Shown: positions 10,074 to 18,269 of the stretch, one piece after another | Layout of the letters: the number at the start of each line of letters is the position of its first letter | Numbering within the stretch: the stretch's first letter is position 1 | Source of the DNA: Candidatus Heimdallarchaeota archaeon B3_Heim | GTDB lineage: Archaea; Asgardarchaeota; Heimdallarchaeia; Hodarchaeales; Hodarchaeaceae | Direction of reading: 5' to 3' | DNA: 32,000 bases | Assembly: GCA_003144275.1 (NCBI GenBank) | Contig: NJBF01000009.1 | Location: 62,594 to 94,593, forward strand | The notes under the pieces: model-generated | What the model was told of the DNA's origin: nothing | Database searches by the model: none | The model's input: the letters and a program-made list of their open reading frames with translations, nothing else | Translations under genes and position numbers: made by a program

Positions 10074-10599
10074 AATTCAGGGGTAATATCCCAGTCATTC
10101 GCAGGTAGTACGGATTAATAGCCACACCCATTTTTCATAGATAGAAGGATCGCTTTCAGGTTTATTCTCACACAATTATCAATCTTGACCAAGAGGGATT
10201 TTCCTCAACAGAAGAAGCTTTAGCGGTGAAGTTCTAATCGTGTTAACTAAACTGTACAGATTGGGGAAAGTTAACGATTCGGTCAAAGATTCTAGGGATG
10301 ATATTAGAATTAACATCATTATTTCTCCCAATCGTTCGTATTTTTCATTCTTAAGGAGTATCTACTCATTAGTACTTTCCCGAATCCTTTTATGAGAAAT
10401 GTATCAATTCCTACTATATCGATAATCATGAAGGATTTCAAGGGACTTCGAATAATTTTCAGGTTTTTAAATCAAAAACTCAATTCCCCTAGTAGTGATG
10501 AAATACTTCTTTGTGTAGAAAGAAAAGTGTTCCATTTACACCCAAACTAATTATTCAAGCCCCAAATTTCAAGCAATTTATTATGACACGTGATAATCT

Positions 10600-13500
10600 A
10601 TGACTTTAGTATCTAACGTTCATAAAGATGAAAGGGATCGAAAACAACCAGTGCTCACGCCCAATGCAATGACTGTATTAGAAAAAAGATATCTATTGCA
10701 AAATGACAGAGGGGAGATCATCGAAACGCCAGCTCAGCTCTTTACACGAGTAGCAAAAGCAATTGCAGCAAATGAATCACGCTATGGGCTTGATCCTGCT
10801 ATAATGGAAAAACAGTACTATGATATGATGGTGAATTTTGAGTTTTTACCGAATAGTCCTACTTTAATGAATGCAGGAACAAAAATCAACCAGTTATCGG
10901 CCTGCTTTGTTTTACCCATAGAAGATGATATGACTTCGATCTTTCAAGCGATAAAGAATGCGGCAGTGATTCACAAGTCAGGAGGAGGGACTGGGTTCTC
11001 ATTTTCACGATTGAGACCTACTAATGATAAGGTACAAACTACTGGAGGAGTAGCGTCAGGACCAATCTCTTTCATGACAGTATTTAACTCTGCTACTGAA
11101 ATTATAAAACAAGGGGGGTGTTTATCAGCTGAAAGCTATATTAGGACTAAAAATGGAGTAACAAAAATTGGAAATCTACTGGATTGTCCGCCCATGGGAG
11201 AAAATTTTCCCAATGAGCTTGTTTTTGATGGAGATGCATATAATAACGCGTTAGTTTCAATAGATAATGGTTTAGCAGAAGTCCTCAAGCTTAAAACAGA
11301 ACTTGGCATAGAAATTGATGTAACACTAAATCATCAGGTTGCTTGCATCAATCAAAATGGAGGAAGAGTCTGGAAAAGCGCCAAGGATGTAAAGGAGGGT
11401 GACTGGGTAGTTTTAGTACTAGGAGGGCACAGTGGGAAAGATGTTCTACTTCCAAGGCTGAAAGAACAACACTTCAATGCATCACCCATTAAGATACCAC
11501 AAAAAATGACTCCTGAACTTGGGGAGATTTTAGGCCTATATATGGCAGATGGTTGTATGAGTACAGGGGGAAGAATAATTTTCAGTGTCGATAACAAAGA
11601 TACAGACCTCATACGAAAAATTGAAGATTTAATGAAGACTAGTTTTAGTTTAAAGATAGGAAGAAAAGAAGATAATGATTCTTGGAGCGATTTAGTGTTC
11701 TATTCTCATGACTTATGCAGATTCTTTGAGAAAATGAATTGGAGAAAGGAATCATCATCGAAGGCTTTTATTCCACATGAGATTTTTTTGTCCTCATCAG
11801 AAGTAGCAAAAGCGTTTATACGGGGTCTTTTTGAGGGAGATGGAAATGTTCATTCAGACGGTTATCCAAGATACTATTCAACATCAAAGAAACTAATAAA
11901 ACAATTACAACAACTGTTGCTTGGATTGAATATTGTTTCTAAATACAATAAACGAGAAAAAGGAAAAGATAGTTTTGGAAAAAAACCAATCTATACTTTA
12001 ATGATAAATTCTGATCGTAATATTCAAGTCTTTAAAAAGGAAATTAACTTCTTATCAAAGAGAAAAAAAGAGATGTTAGATACAAGATATCATGAAAAGG
12101 CTTTCGAACAGAATGATATAATACCAAACCAAGAAAGAAGATTGAAAAGTCTTTATACATACGTTGGGAGAGGATCAGGAAAGGGAAGAAAAAATAGAGG
12201 GGCAGATAGAAGATTTTATCGTGCAATTTATCATTATATATCCGATAACCCGTCTTCTAGAAGAAACCTGACAAGAAAAAGACTTCTGAAGTTAAGAGAG
12301 AAATTTGATATCATTAACAATGATGAGCATTTTACTAGAATTTCGGATCCAAAATATTATTATGCCCAAATTAAAGAAAAACAATGGACTCAAGCCTATA
12401 CGATGGATATAGAAGTCCCTTCTTCAGGAAAGTTTGTTGCTAATGGTGTTTTAGTACACAATCGCCGGCGTGGAGCAAACATGGGAGTATTGCGTGTAGA
12501 TCATCCTGATATCCTAGAATTTATTGAATGCAAGCAAGATCTACAGAAATTAAATAATTTTAATATATCCGTGGGTTTAACAGAAGCATTTATGAAAGCA
12601 GTACTTTCTGATACCGATTATCCTTTGATAAATCCCAGAAATAATGAAATAGCTGAAAAGCTCAATGCCCGTACAGTCTTCGAGAAAATAGTCAATATGG
12701 CATATAAATCCGGCGAACCAGGAATACTCTTCTTAGATCAGATAAATGCAGCAAATCCCACTCCTCATATAGGAGAAATCGAGGCAACTAATCCATGTGT
12801 AGCTAAGGATTCATTAATATCAACAGAAAAAGGCATATTAAATATCTTAGAAGTTCCTAATGTTATTAAGACTGCTAGAAAAGGTCTATTTAACTTAGAG
12901 ACTAAAGAAGGATACTCCATTAAGCTCACTTCTGATCATAAAGTTTTAACTCCGAGTGGATGGAAAGAAGCTAAAGACTTACAGGTTGATGAGAAAATCT
13001 GCCTCCAAAGAAATAAAGGAGGATTTGGGTCAGAAGGCAATCAAAAAATAGGACATATTTTGGGGTGGTTTGTAGGAGATGGTTGGACAACTGGAAAGGA
13101 TGGTAGAGCGGTTCTAGCATTCTATGATAAAGATAAAGGAGAACTCTCTGAATATTATGCAAATATCGTTAACGAGGAGCTAAATGCTAATGTTTCTGTC
13201 ATCAAAATTCCTCAAAGAGAAGAAGTAAAATCTGTCAAGATCCTTAGACTGCTCGAGGAGTGGGAAGTCGAGAAAAAGAAGATATCTGCGAGGCTCCTTG
13301 AATCATCTGAGAGTTGTCAAAGAGGGTTTATACAGGCAATTTTTTCGGCTGACGGATCCTTTCAAGGTACTCTGGAAAAAGGTTATAGTGTCCGATTAGC
13401 TCAAAGTAATCTTCCATTACTCAAAAAAGTTCAGCTAATGCTCCTTAATTTCGGAATTGCTTCGAAACTGTATAAAAACCGAGGACCCAAGGGAAAATCT

Positions 13501-15273
13501 CTTTTACCTGATGGTAAAGGTCAGAAAAAGTACTATCCCATTAAGGCTCAACATAAATTAGTAATCTCAAAAGACAATCTTATTCGTTATAAGGATGAAA
13601 TTGGGTTTATTCTCCCTAATAAACAAACAAAAATGATTGATTCCCTAAAATCCTTAATTTCCAGAGGACCTTATAAAGAGAAATTCACAGCACGGGTCAA
13701 TAAATTAACCTACATTAAAGATGATGACGTTTACGATATCGTAGGAACTCCTCAGGGGGGATTTATTGCAAATGGAATTATAGTCCATAATTGTGGCGAG
13801 CAACCCTTATTACCTTATGAATCGTGTAATTTAGGCTCAATCAACCTAGGAAAAATGCTTAAAATCGATTCTAATGAAATTTTTGGTTTTAGTATTGATT
13901 ATGAGAAGCTAGAGCAGATTACTAGGTTATCGGTTAGATTTTTGGATAATGTTATTGATCTCTCTACTTTTCCTTTACCTGAAATTGAAGAAATGACAAA
14001 GGCAAATCGCAAAATTGGCCTCGGAATCATGGGATTTGCAGACCTTTTAATTAAGTTAGGAATACCTTACGATTCAACTGAAGGCACCAACCTTTCTGAG
14101 AAGGTGATGAATTTTGTTCATGATATTGCCCTTCAAGCCTCTCAGGATTTAGCTCATGAACGAGGATCCTTTCCAAATTTTTCTGGAAGTACATTAGCAA
14201 AGAACTATCCTATGATGAGAAATGCTACCTTAACTACTTTGGCACCCACAGGGACTATCTCAATTATTGCTGGTTGTTCCAGTGGGATTGAACCCTTATT
14301 TATGTTAACCTATGAAAGACGAGTCCTTGATGACGATATTCTTGTAGAAGGTTATCCTTTCTTTGTGGAAACCGCAAAGCGATTGAACTTTTATTCTCAG
14401 TCTCTGATGGAACAAGTTGCCGATACAGGTTCTATTGCCGATATTGACGAGATTCCTGAAGAAATCAAGAGGGTATTTGTAACAGCACATGATATAACAC
14501 CCGAGGCACATGTCAGGATGCAGGCAGCCTTTCAAAGTGCTGGGGTGGATAATGCAGTCTCAAAAACAACAAATTTCCCAAATGATGCATCCTCAGAAGA
14601 CATACAGAAAGCGTATTTGCTTGCGTATGAATTGGGATGTAAGGGGATTACAGTATACCGTTCTGGCTCACGAACTTATGACGTTTTGTCCAAAAAGGGA
14701 ACAAATGAGCAAACTACCGAAACAATCAAATCTTTTGAGACCAAGAAACCACGTCAAAGACCTAGTATTACCCAGGGGATTACCGAGCGTGTACGTGTCG
14801 GATGTGGTACAAATTTATTTATTACTATCAATGAGGATGAAGAGGGTTTAACAGAGCTTTTTCTATCTTTAGGAAAGTCAGGAGGATGTGTGGCTTCTCA
14901 TATTGAGGCAATGGGAAGGCTAATTTCCTTAACTTTACGGAGTAGGATTGAGCCTGAAGAGATAATTCTCCAATTGAAGGCAATCAGGTGCCCCTCCCCA
15001 ACTTTTGGCCCCGACGGTCCAGTGCTCTCCTGTGCAGATGCAGTAGCCAAGTCGGTCGAACGGTTTATTGAACTGCATAGTCAAAATGGAAATGGAAAAA
15101 ATGTATCGAGTAGCGAAACATCCAGTAACGAGGAGCACTACGAGCCAGAAACATTATATTTGAGTCATACTACCTCTGGATTGCGACCAGAATGTCCCGA
15201 ATGTGGTAATATTGTAGAACATAGTGAGGGGTGCATTCTTTGTAGAGTTTGTGGATATTCAAAGTGTGGTTAA
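10600..15273 (+). CDS. nrdJ: Class II (B12-dependent) ribonucleotide reductase precursor with two inteins; 777 aa after removing both
   Basis: PNSPTLMNAG, QLSACFV, KSGGGTG, NP/CGEQPL, ESCNLGS, APTGTIS and KGITVYR, with C-terminal TSCPD-like and Zn-ribbon domains. No ATP cone seen. Confidence 0.95.
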   Translation: MTLVSNVHKDERDRKQPVLTPNAMTVLEKRYLLQNDRGEIIETPAQLFTRVAKAIAANESRYGLDPAIMEKQYYDMMVNFEFLPNSPTLMNAGTKINQLSACFVLPIEDDMTSIFQAIKNAAVIHKSGGGTGFSFSRLRPTNDKVQTTGGVASGPISFMTVFNSATEIIKQGGCLSAESYIRTKNGVTKIGNLLDCPPMGENFPNELVFDGDAYNNALVSIDNGLAEVLKLKTELGIEIDVTLNHQVACINQNGGRVWKSAKDVKEGDWVVLVLGGHSGKDVLLPRLKEQHFNASPIKIPQKMTPELGEILGLYMADGCMSTGGRIIFSVDNKDTDLIRKIEDLMKTSFSLKIGRKEDNDSWSDLVFYSHDLCRFFEKMNWRKESSSKAFIPHEIFLSSSEVAKAFIRGLFEGDGNVHSDGYPRYYSTSKKLIKQLQQLLLGLNIVSKYNKREKGKDSFGKKPIYTLMINSDRNIQVFKKEINFLSKRKKEMLDTRYHEKAFEQNDIIPNQERRLKSLYTYVGRGSGKGRKNRGADRRFYRAIYHYISDNPSSRRNLTRKRLLKLREKFDIINNDEHFTRISDPKYYYAQIKEKQWTQAYTMDIEVPSSGKFVANGVLVHNRRRGANMGVLRVDHPDILEFIECKQDLQKLNNFNISVGLTEAFMKAVLSDTDYPLINPRNNEIAEKLNARTVFEKIVNMAYKSGEPGILFLDQINAANPTPHIGEIEATNPCVAKDSLISTEKGILNILEVPNVIKTARKGLFNLETKEGYSIKLTSDHKVLTPSGWKEAKDLQVDEKICLQRNKGGFGSEGNQKIGHILGWFVGDGWTTGKDGRAVLAFYDKDKGELSEYYANIVNEELNANVSVIKIPQREEVKSVKILRLLEEWEVEKKKISARLLESSESCQRGFIQAIFSADGSFQGTLEKGYSVRLAQSNLPLLKKVQLMLLNFGIASKLYKNRGPKGKSLLPDGKGQKKYYPIKAQHKLVISKDNLIRYKDEIGFILPNKQTKMIDSLKSLISRGPYKEKFTARVNKLTYIKDDDVYDIVGTPQGGFIANGIIVHNCGEQPLLPYESCNLGSINLGKMLKIDSNEIFGFSIDYEKLEQITRLSVRFLDNVIDLSTFPLPEIEEMTKANRKIGLGIMGFADLLIKLGIPYDSTEGTNLSEKVMNFVHDIALQASQDLAHERGSFPNFSGSTLAKNYPMMRNATLTTLAPTGTISIIAGCSSGIEPLFMLTYERRVLDDDILVEGYPFFVETAKRLNFYSQSLMEQVADTGSIADIDEIPEEIKRVFVTAHDITPEAHVRMQAAFQSAGVDNAVSKTTNFPNDASSEDIQKAYLLAYELGCKGITVYRSGSRTYDVLSKKGTNEQTTETIKSFETKKPRQRPSITQGITERVRVGCGTNLFITINEDEEGLTELFLSLGKSGGCVASHIEAMGRLISLTLRSRIEPEEIILQLKAIRCPSPTFGPDGPVLSCADAVAKSVERFIELHSQNGNGKNVSSSETSSNEEHYEPETLYLSHTTSGLRPECPECGNIVEHSEGCILCRVCGYSKCG
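11119..12462 (+). mobile_element. Intein 1 (448 aa) with LAGLIDADG homing endonuclease, inserted at KQGG/RRRGANM; +1 residue is Arg
   Basis: Begins CLSAES and ends GVLVHN; LGLYMADG and FIRGLFEGDG motifs. Removal restores IKQGGRRRGANMG. Confidence 0.92.
12796..13791 (+). mobile_element. Intein 2 (332 aa) with LAGLIDADG domain, inserted at the catalytic NP/CGEQ motif
   Basis: Begins CVAKDS and ends GIIVHN followed by Cys; LGWFVGDG and FIQAIFSADG motifs. Confidence 0.94.
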
Positions 15274-15300
15274 TGTAGTATATTCGTACCAAAAGGAGTT

Positions 15301-15481
15301 AACCACTGATCTGACTTTTACCATAAAATTACACTGGGTGACCATAAGCTTGTAGTGAGGGACGATAAATTACACAAGTGGTAGCTTTTTGTTCTCATAA
15401 GCTTGCATTGGGTAGCACGGAATGTTACCATATGTTTGCACTGATGGTAGCTTTTTATTCTCATAAGCTTGCATTGGGTAG
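15301..15481 (+). repeat. Left-end array: 36-bp terminal repeat plus six ~21-bp boxes
   Basis: Boxes start at 15320 (ACCATAAAATTACACTGGGTG), 15341 (ACCATAAGCTTGTAGTGAGGG), 15362 (degenerate), 15394, 15427 and 15460. A 36-bp unit GGTAGCTTTTT(G/A)TTCTCATAAGCTTGCATTGGGTAG is duplicated at 15380-15415 and 15446-15481. Confidence 0.93.
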
Positions 15482-15612
15482 ATCGTAAGTGAGGGTACAC
15501 TGAAGGAAGGGTACTCCTAGGAAAATATGTGACTCTGGAGATAGAGATAAATCATCTGGATTGTTTTCTTACTCATAATTATGAAATTTGCTGATTTTCA
15601 GATCAACATTAC

Positions 15613-15858
15613 ATGACTGGAATTTCACGCAATTACATTGAAGGAAAAGAAAAGTATAGGAAGATAGTCCTGAAAGATAAGAAAAAACATGAGCAAATAA
15701 AGGGAAAGAAAATTATATCATATTTGGAAATTATGATAAAAGAAGGAATTGGTATTACTATTATATCAATTCATAGACAAACAGGTATGTCATTAAGGTA
15801 TTTAAAAAAACAAGAAAACAAAATCTGGATTAAGAAAACGATTAATCAACTCTCATAA
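15613..15858 (+). CDS. Small basic HTH protein, DUF6262/Tn554 TnpC-like
   Basis: KIISYLEIMIKEGIGITIISIHRQTGMSLRYL...IKKTINQL resembles the I..AI..L...G..IT...VA..AGVS..LY pattern; first gene inside the left end. Confidence 0.5.
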   Translation: MTGISRNYIEGKEKYRKIVLKDKKKHEQIKGKKIISYLEIMIKEGIGITIISIHRQTGMSLRYLKKQENKIWIKKTINQLS

Positions 15859-15969
15859 TTTAGATTGTGTAAAGATTTAAAAATTCAATATATTTGAGAT
15901 GATGCGTAAGGGCGTAATCGATATTCTTGTAACGAGGACTAAGAGTGCAAAGGGATTGAGAGCAGAGCA

Positions 15970-16614
15970 ATGAATCCAAACCTTCCATTACATTCAAGAT
16001 CGTTGAAAATGAATTGGAAATGGGTACAAAACCTTGGAAATAACGCATGTTTTGCATCTTGTGTCCTTGTTTGTATACGATATTTAAATGCACAGTTAAA
16101 GAGGGAAGACCGTTTTAAAATAACACGAAAGATGAGAAGAGAATTACGTAGAACAAAAAATTTTCCTGTCTTGTCATCTGGAGTTAATGAAAGAAAAACT
16201 CTGCGAATTATGGAAGGTTTCTCAGATTTTCTTAAATTTGAAACTGATTCTCTTAAATCAGTAAAAGACTTACATATTTTAATGCTCCTAAAAACAATTA
16301 ATCCGATAATAGTTGTTTGGGATACCTCATATGGTCAAATAGGCTTAGAATCAACGAGTCATGCTAATATTGTTTATAATACAGATTTTGAAAGGGAAAT
16401 AATTTATTTGATTGACACAAGAAGTACATTTGATCCCCCGATCGTGCCTGTAATCATGGAAACTTTTACGAGAGGATGGCAAAGAACGGAAAACCTTACG
16501 TATATCTTATATAGCAAGGTGGATCCTCCCCTAAAAGTTGTGGATAAACGATTTGCAAAAAACTCTATACAAAATCTTCCTAATTTCTTTAAATCTGAAA
16601 ATATTAAAAAGTGA
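15970..16614 (+). CDS. C39-like papain-fold cysteine peptidase, stand-alone
   Basis: Ordered Q-C-H-D residues: WVQNLGNNACFASC, SHANIVY and IYLIDT. Confidence 0.72.
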   Translation: MNPNLPLHSRSLKMNWKWVQNLGNNACFASCVLVCIRYLNAQLKREDRFKITRKMRRELRRTKNFPVLSSGVNERKTLRIMEGFSDFLKFETDSLKSVKDLHILMLLKTINPIIVVWDTSYGQIGLESTSHANIVYNTDFEREIIYLIDTRSTFDPPIVPVIMETFTRGWQRTENLTYILYSKVDPPLKVVDKRFAKNSIQNLPNFFKSENIKK

Positions 16615-16632
16615 ATAGGTTGTTGATATATA

Positions 16633-17691
16633 ATGAGTAGAATGGAACATCATAATCCTACCAACAAGAAACTTTTAGAAATAAAGGAAATTAAACTAAC
16701 TTTTTTGGATTATGGGGTACAGGTTAATAGAGGTATTAAAAGAGATATTACCAGACACATTGCGAAGTATTATGGGCATAATATCCGTGCAAGAGAGCGT
16801 ATTTATGATTCTCAGTATAATAGATATGCAGTTCCTTTAGATGCAATTCTATTAAATGAAGTTAGAGCATATTCGGGGAAAACAAAATTCTTTCAAATTT
16901 CCTTGAAAAACGTTGGTTCTATTATTATCACGGATGAAGAAAAAATAGATAGATCTGCAACGACTTCGCCTGCTAACCTAAATTCTGCAATAAAACAGAA
17001 ATTTTGGGCTTTTAGAGAAGATCTTTCATCATTTATTCTAAAAGAAAAGCAAGATATTTGGGGAAAAATCCCTAGAATTGCTACTTTCATGAATCCTCTT
17101 TTTGTCGCAATCAATCGGCTTGTAAACTATCAAGAAGTTCCTGTTTCATTCTGGAAACAATTGGAAGAAGAAAAAGAAACAAAACATTGGAAATACATAC
17201 AATTGCTAAGCCAGTTATCAAAATCCTATGTCGTTATTAAAGACGGAAAAACGTTCATAGGGGAGGAGTTAGAGCGTTTAATCGAGAAATATCAAGATTC
17301 TTCAAAAGTGTCTGAAGTAGTGGCAGGAATAATATATGCAGAGAGATTACAAGATTTAGTTCATGATTTCCAATTGCGAAGTATAGCTAATTACGTTTAT
17401 TTACCAAGAACTTATTATTCAGATGCCTTAGACTATGGTGAAAACATTCGAGTACCTGAAAAACATCTTTTACGAAAACACTTTCTCAATAATTCTAGAG
17501 GAACTTATCAGGAGAAACATATGATTTATTTAGAAAATACGTTATCAGAATTGGTAAATCGAAAATGCCTAGAGAAAGAAGAGAAAAACAAGAAAAAAGT
17601 GGTTTTTGGAGAAGAAGATCTTTGGCAGCGACTATACAATCATAGAGAACAAGTTCTCGGACAGGTAGAGGTGGCGGAGGTAATTTCTTGA
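16633..17691 (+). CDS. Hypothetical protein (352 aa), possible C-terminal winged helix
   Basis: Long ORF 18 nt after the peptidase; no family recognised. Confidence 0.75.
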   Translation: MSRMEHHNPTNKKLLEIKEIKLTFLDYGVQVNRGIKRDITRHIAKYYGHNIRARERIYDSQYNRYAVPLDAILLNEVRAYSGKTKFFQISLKNVGSIIITDEEKIDRSATTSPANLNSAIKQKFWAFREDLSSFILKEKQDIWGKIPRIATFMNPLFVAINRLVNYQEVPVSFWKQLEEEKETKHWKYIQLLSQLSKSYVVIKDGKTFIGEELERLIEKYQDSSKVSEVVAGIIYAERLQDLVHDFQLRSIANYVYLPRTYYSDALDYGENIRVPEKHLLRKHFLNNSRGTYQEKHMIYLENTLSELVNRKCLEKEEKNKKKVVFGEEDLWQRLYNHREQVLGQVEVAEVIS

Positions 17692-18269
17692 AAAATCATA
17701 TCTTGGATGATGATATTTATTCTTGCTATAGCCTTACAAGAGATCTTAAAATTTCACCTGAAGATGAGGTAAAAGCTTTAGAAGACTTTTTGAAGTTTTT
17801 TAACTTAGATTATGATGTAGAAAACACAAAGCGTTTGGGAGAAATAATTAATGATTCTTTGTCCCTAATACATTCACCAGAATTTGAAGATGCTCTTGAA
17901 GAACTTAGCCAAATATCATCAGAGATAGTATATATTGGGAGCTCAATTCCTTTAGATTTAGCTACGGCAAAAGAGTTAGTTGCCGTAATTCTTGCCGTTG
18001 CTGATGCTGTTGGAAAAATAGGTATAGCTAGCTGGGGTATTAAAAAATTTGGAGATTTATTTGCAAAGGATATTTATGAGAAGGTAAAAGAAAAATTCCT
18101 TGGAGGGAAGAACAATAATCAATTGGAAGAGAAGAAGGTCTTACGTCTCTATCAAGAAGCTGAAAGAGTTGTTAGGACTGAAGAAGGAAAAGAGTTAGTC
18201 GAGAAGATTTCTTTTCTTTATGAATTAACTCGACCTGAATCTACTTCAGATGATACAAAGAAGCGATAA
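17688..18269 (+). CDS. Hypothetical protein (193 aa) with acidic N-terminus and central hydrophobic/amphipathic helix
   Basis: TTG start overlaps the upstream TGA (TTGA coupling); segment LVAVILAVADAVGKIGIASWGIKKFG. Confidence 0.7.
   Translation: MKNHILDDDIYSCYSLTRDLKISPEDEVKALEDFLKFFNLDYDVENTKRLGEIINDSLSLIHSPEFEDALEELSQISSEIVYIGSSIPLDLATAKELVAVILAVADAVGKIGIASWGIKKFGDLFAKDIYEKVKEKFLGGKNNNQLEEKKVLRLYQEAERVVRTEEGKELVEKISFLYELTRPESTSDDTKKR

Noticed and set aside
10412-10421. TACTATATCG, also at 27691-27700, as an NrdR box or shared operator
   Set aside because: Poor fit to the palindromic NrdR consensus, not in tandem, and the second copy precedes an unrelated gene.
10074-10599. Cobalamin riboswitch upstream of nrdJ
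   Set aside because: I could not find the conserved B12-box elements; an Rfam scan would be needed.
15291-15320. GTTAAC near the left end as an integron attC/attI core
   Set aside because: No paired R/L boxes forming an attC hairpin, no repeated sites between cargo genes, and no IntI gene.
15380-15481. Two 36-bp repeats separated by 30 bp, resembling a minimal CRISPR array
   Set aside because: Only two copies; the 30-bp spacer itself contains a 21-bp box; a third copy lies inverted 10 kb away; no cas gene is in the window. Better explained as element-end architecture.
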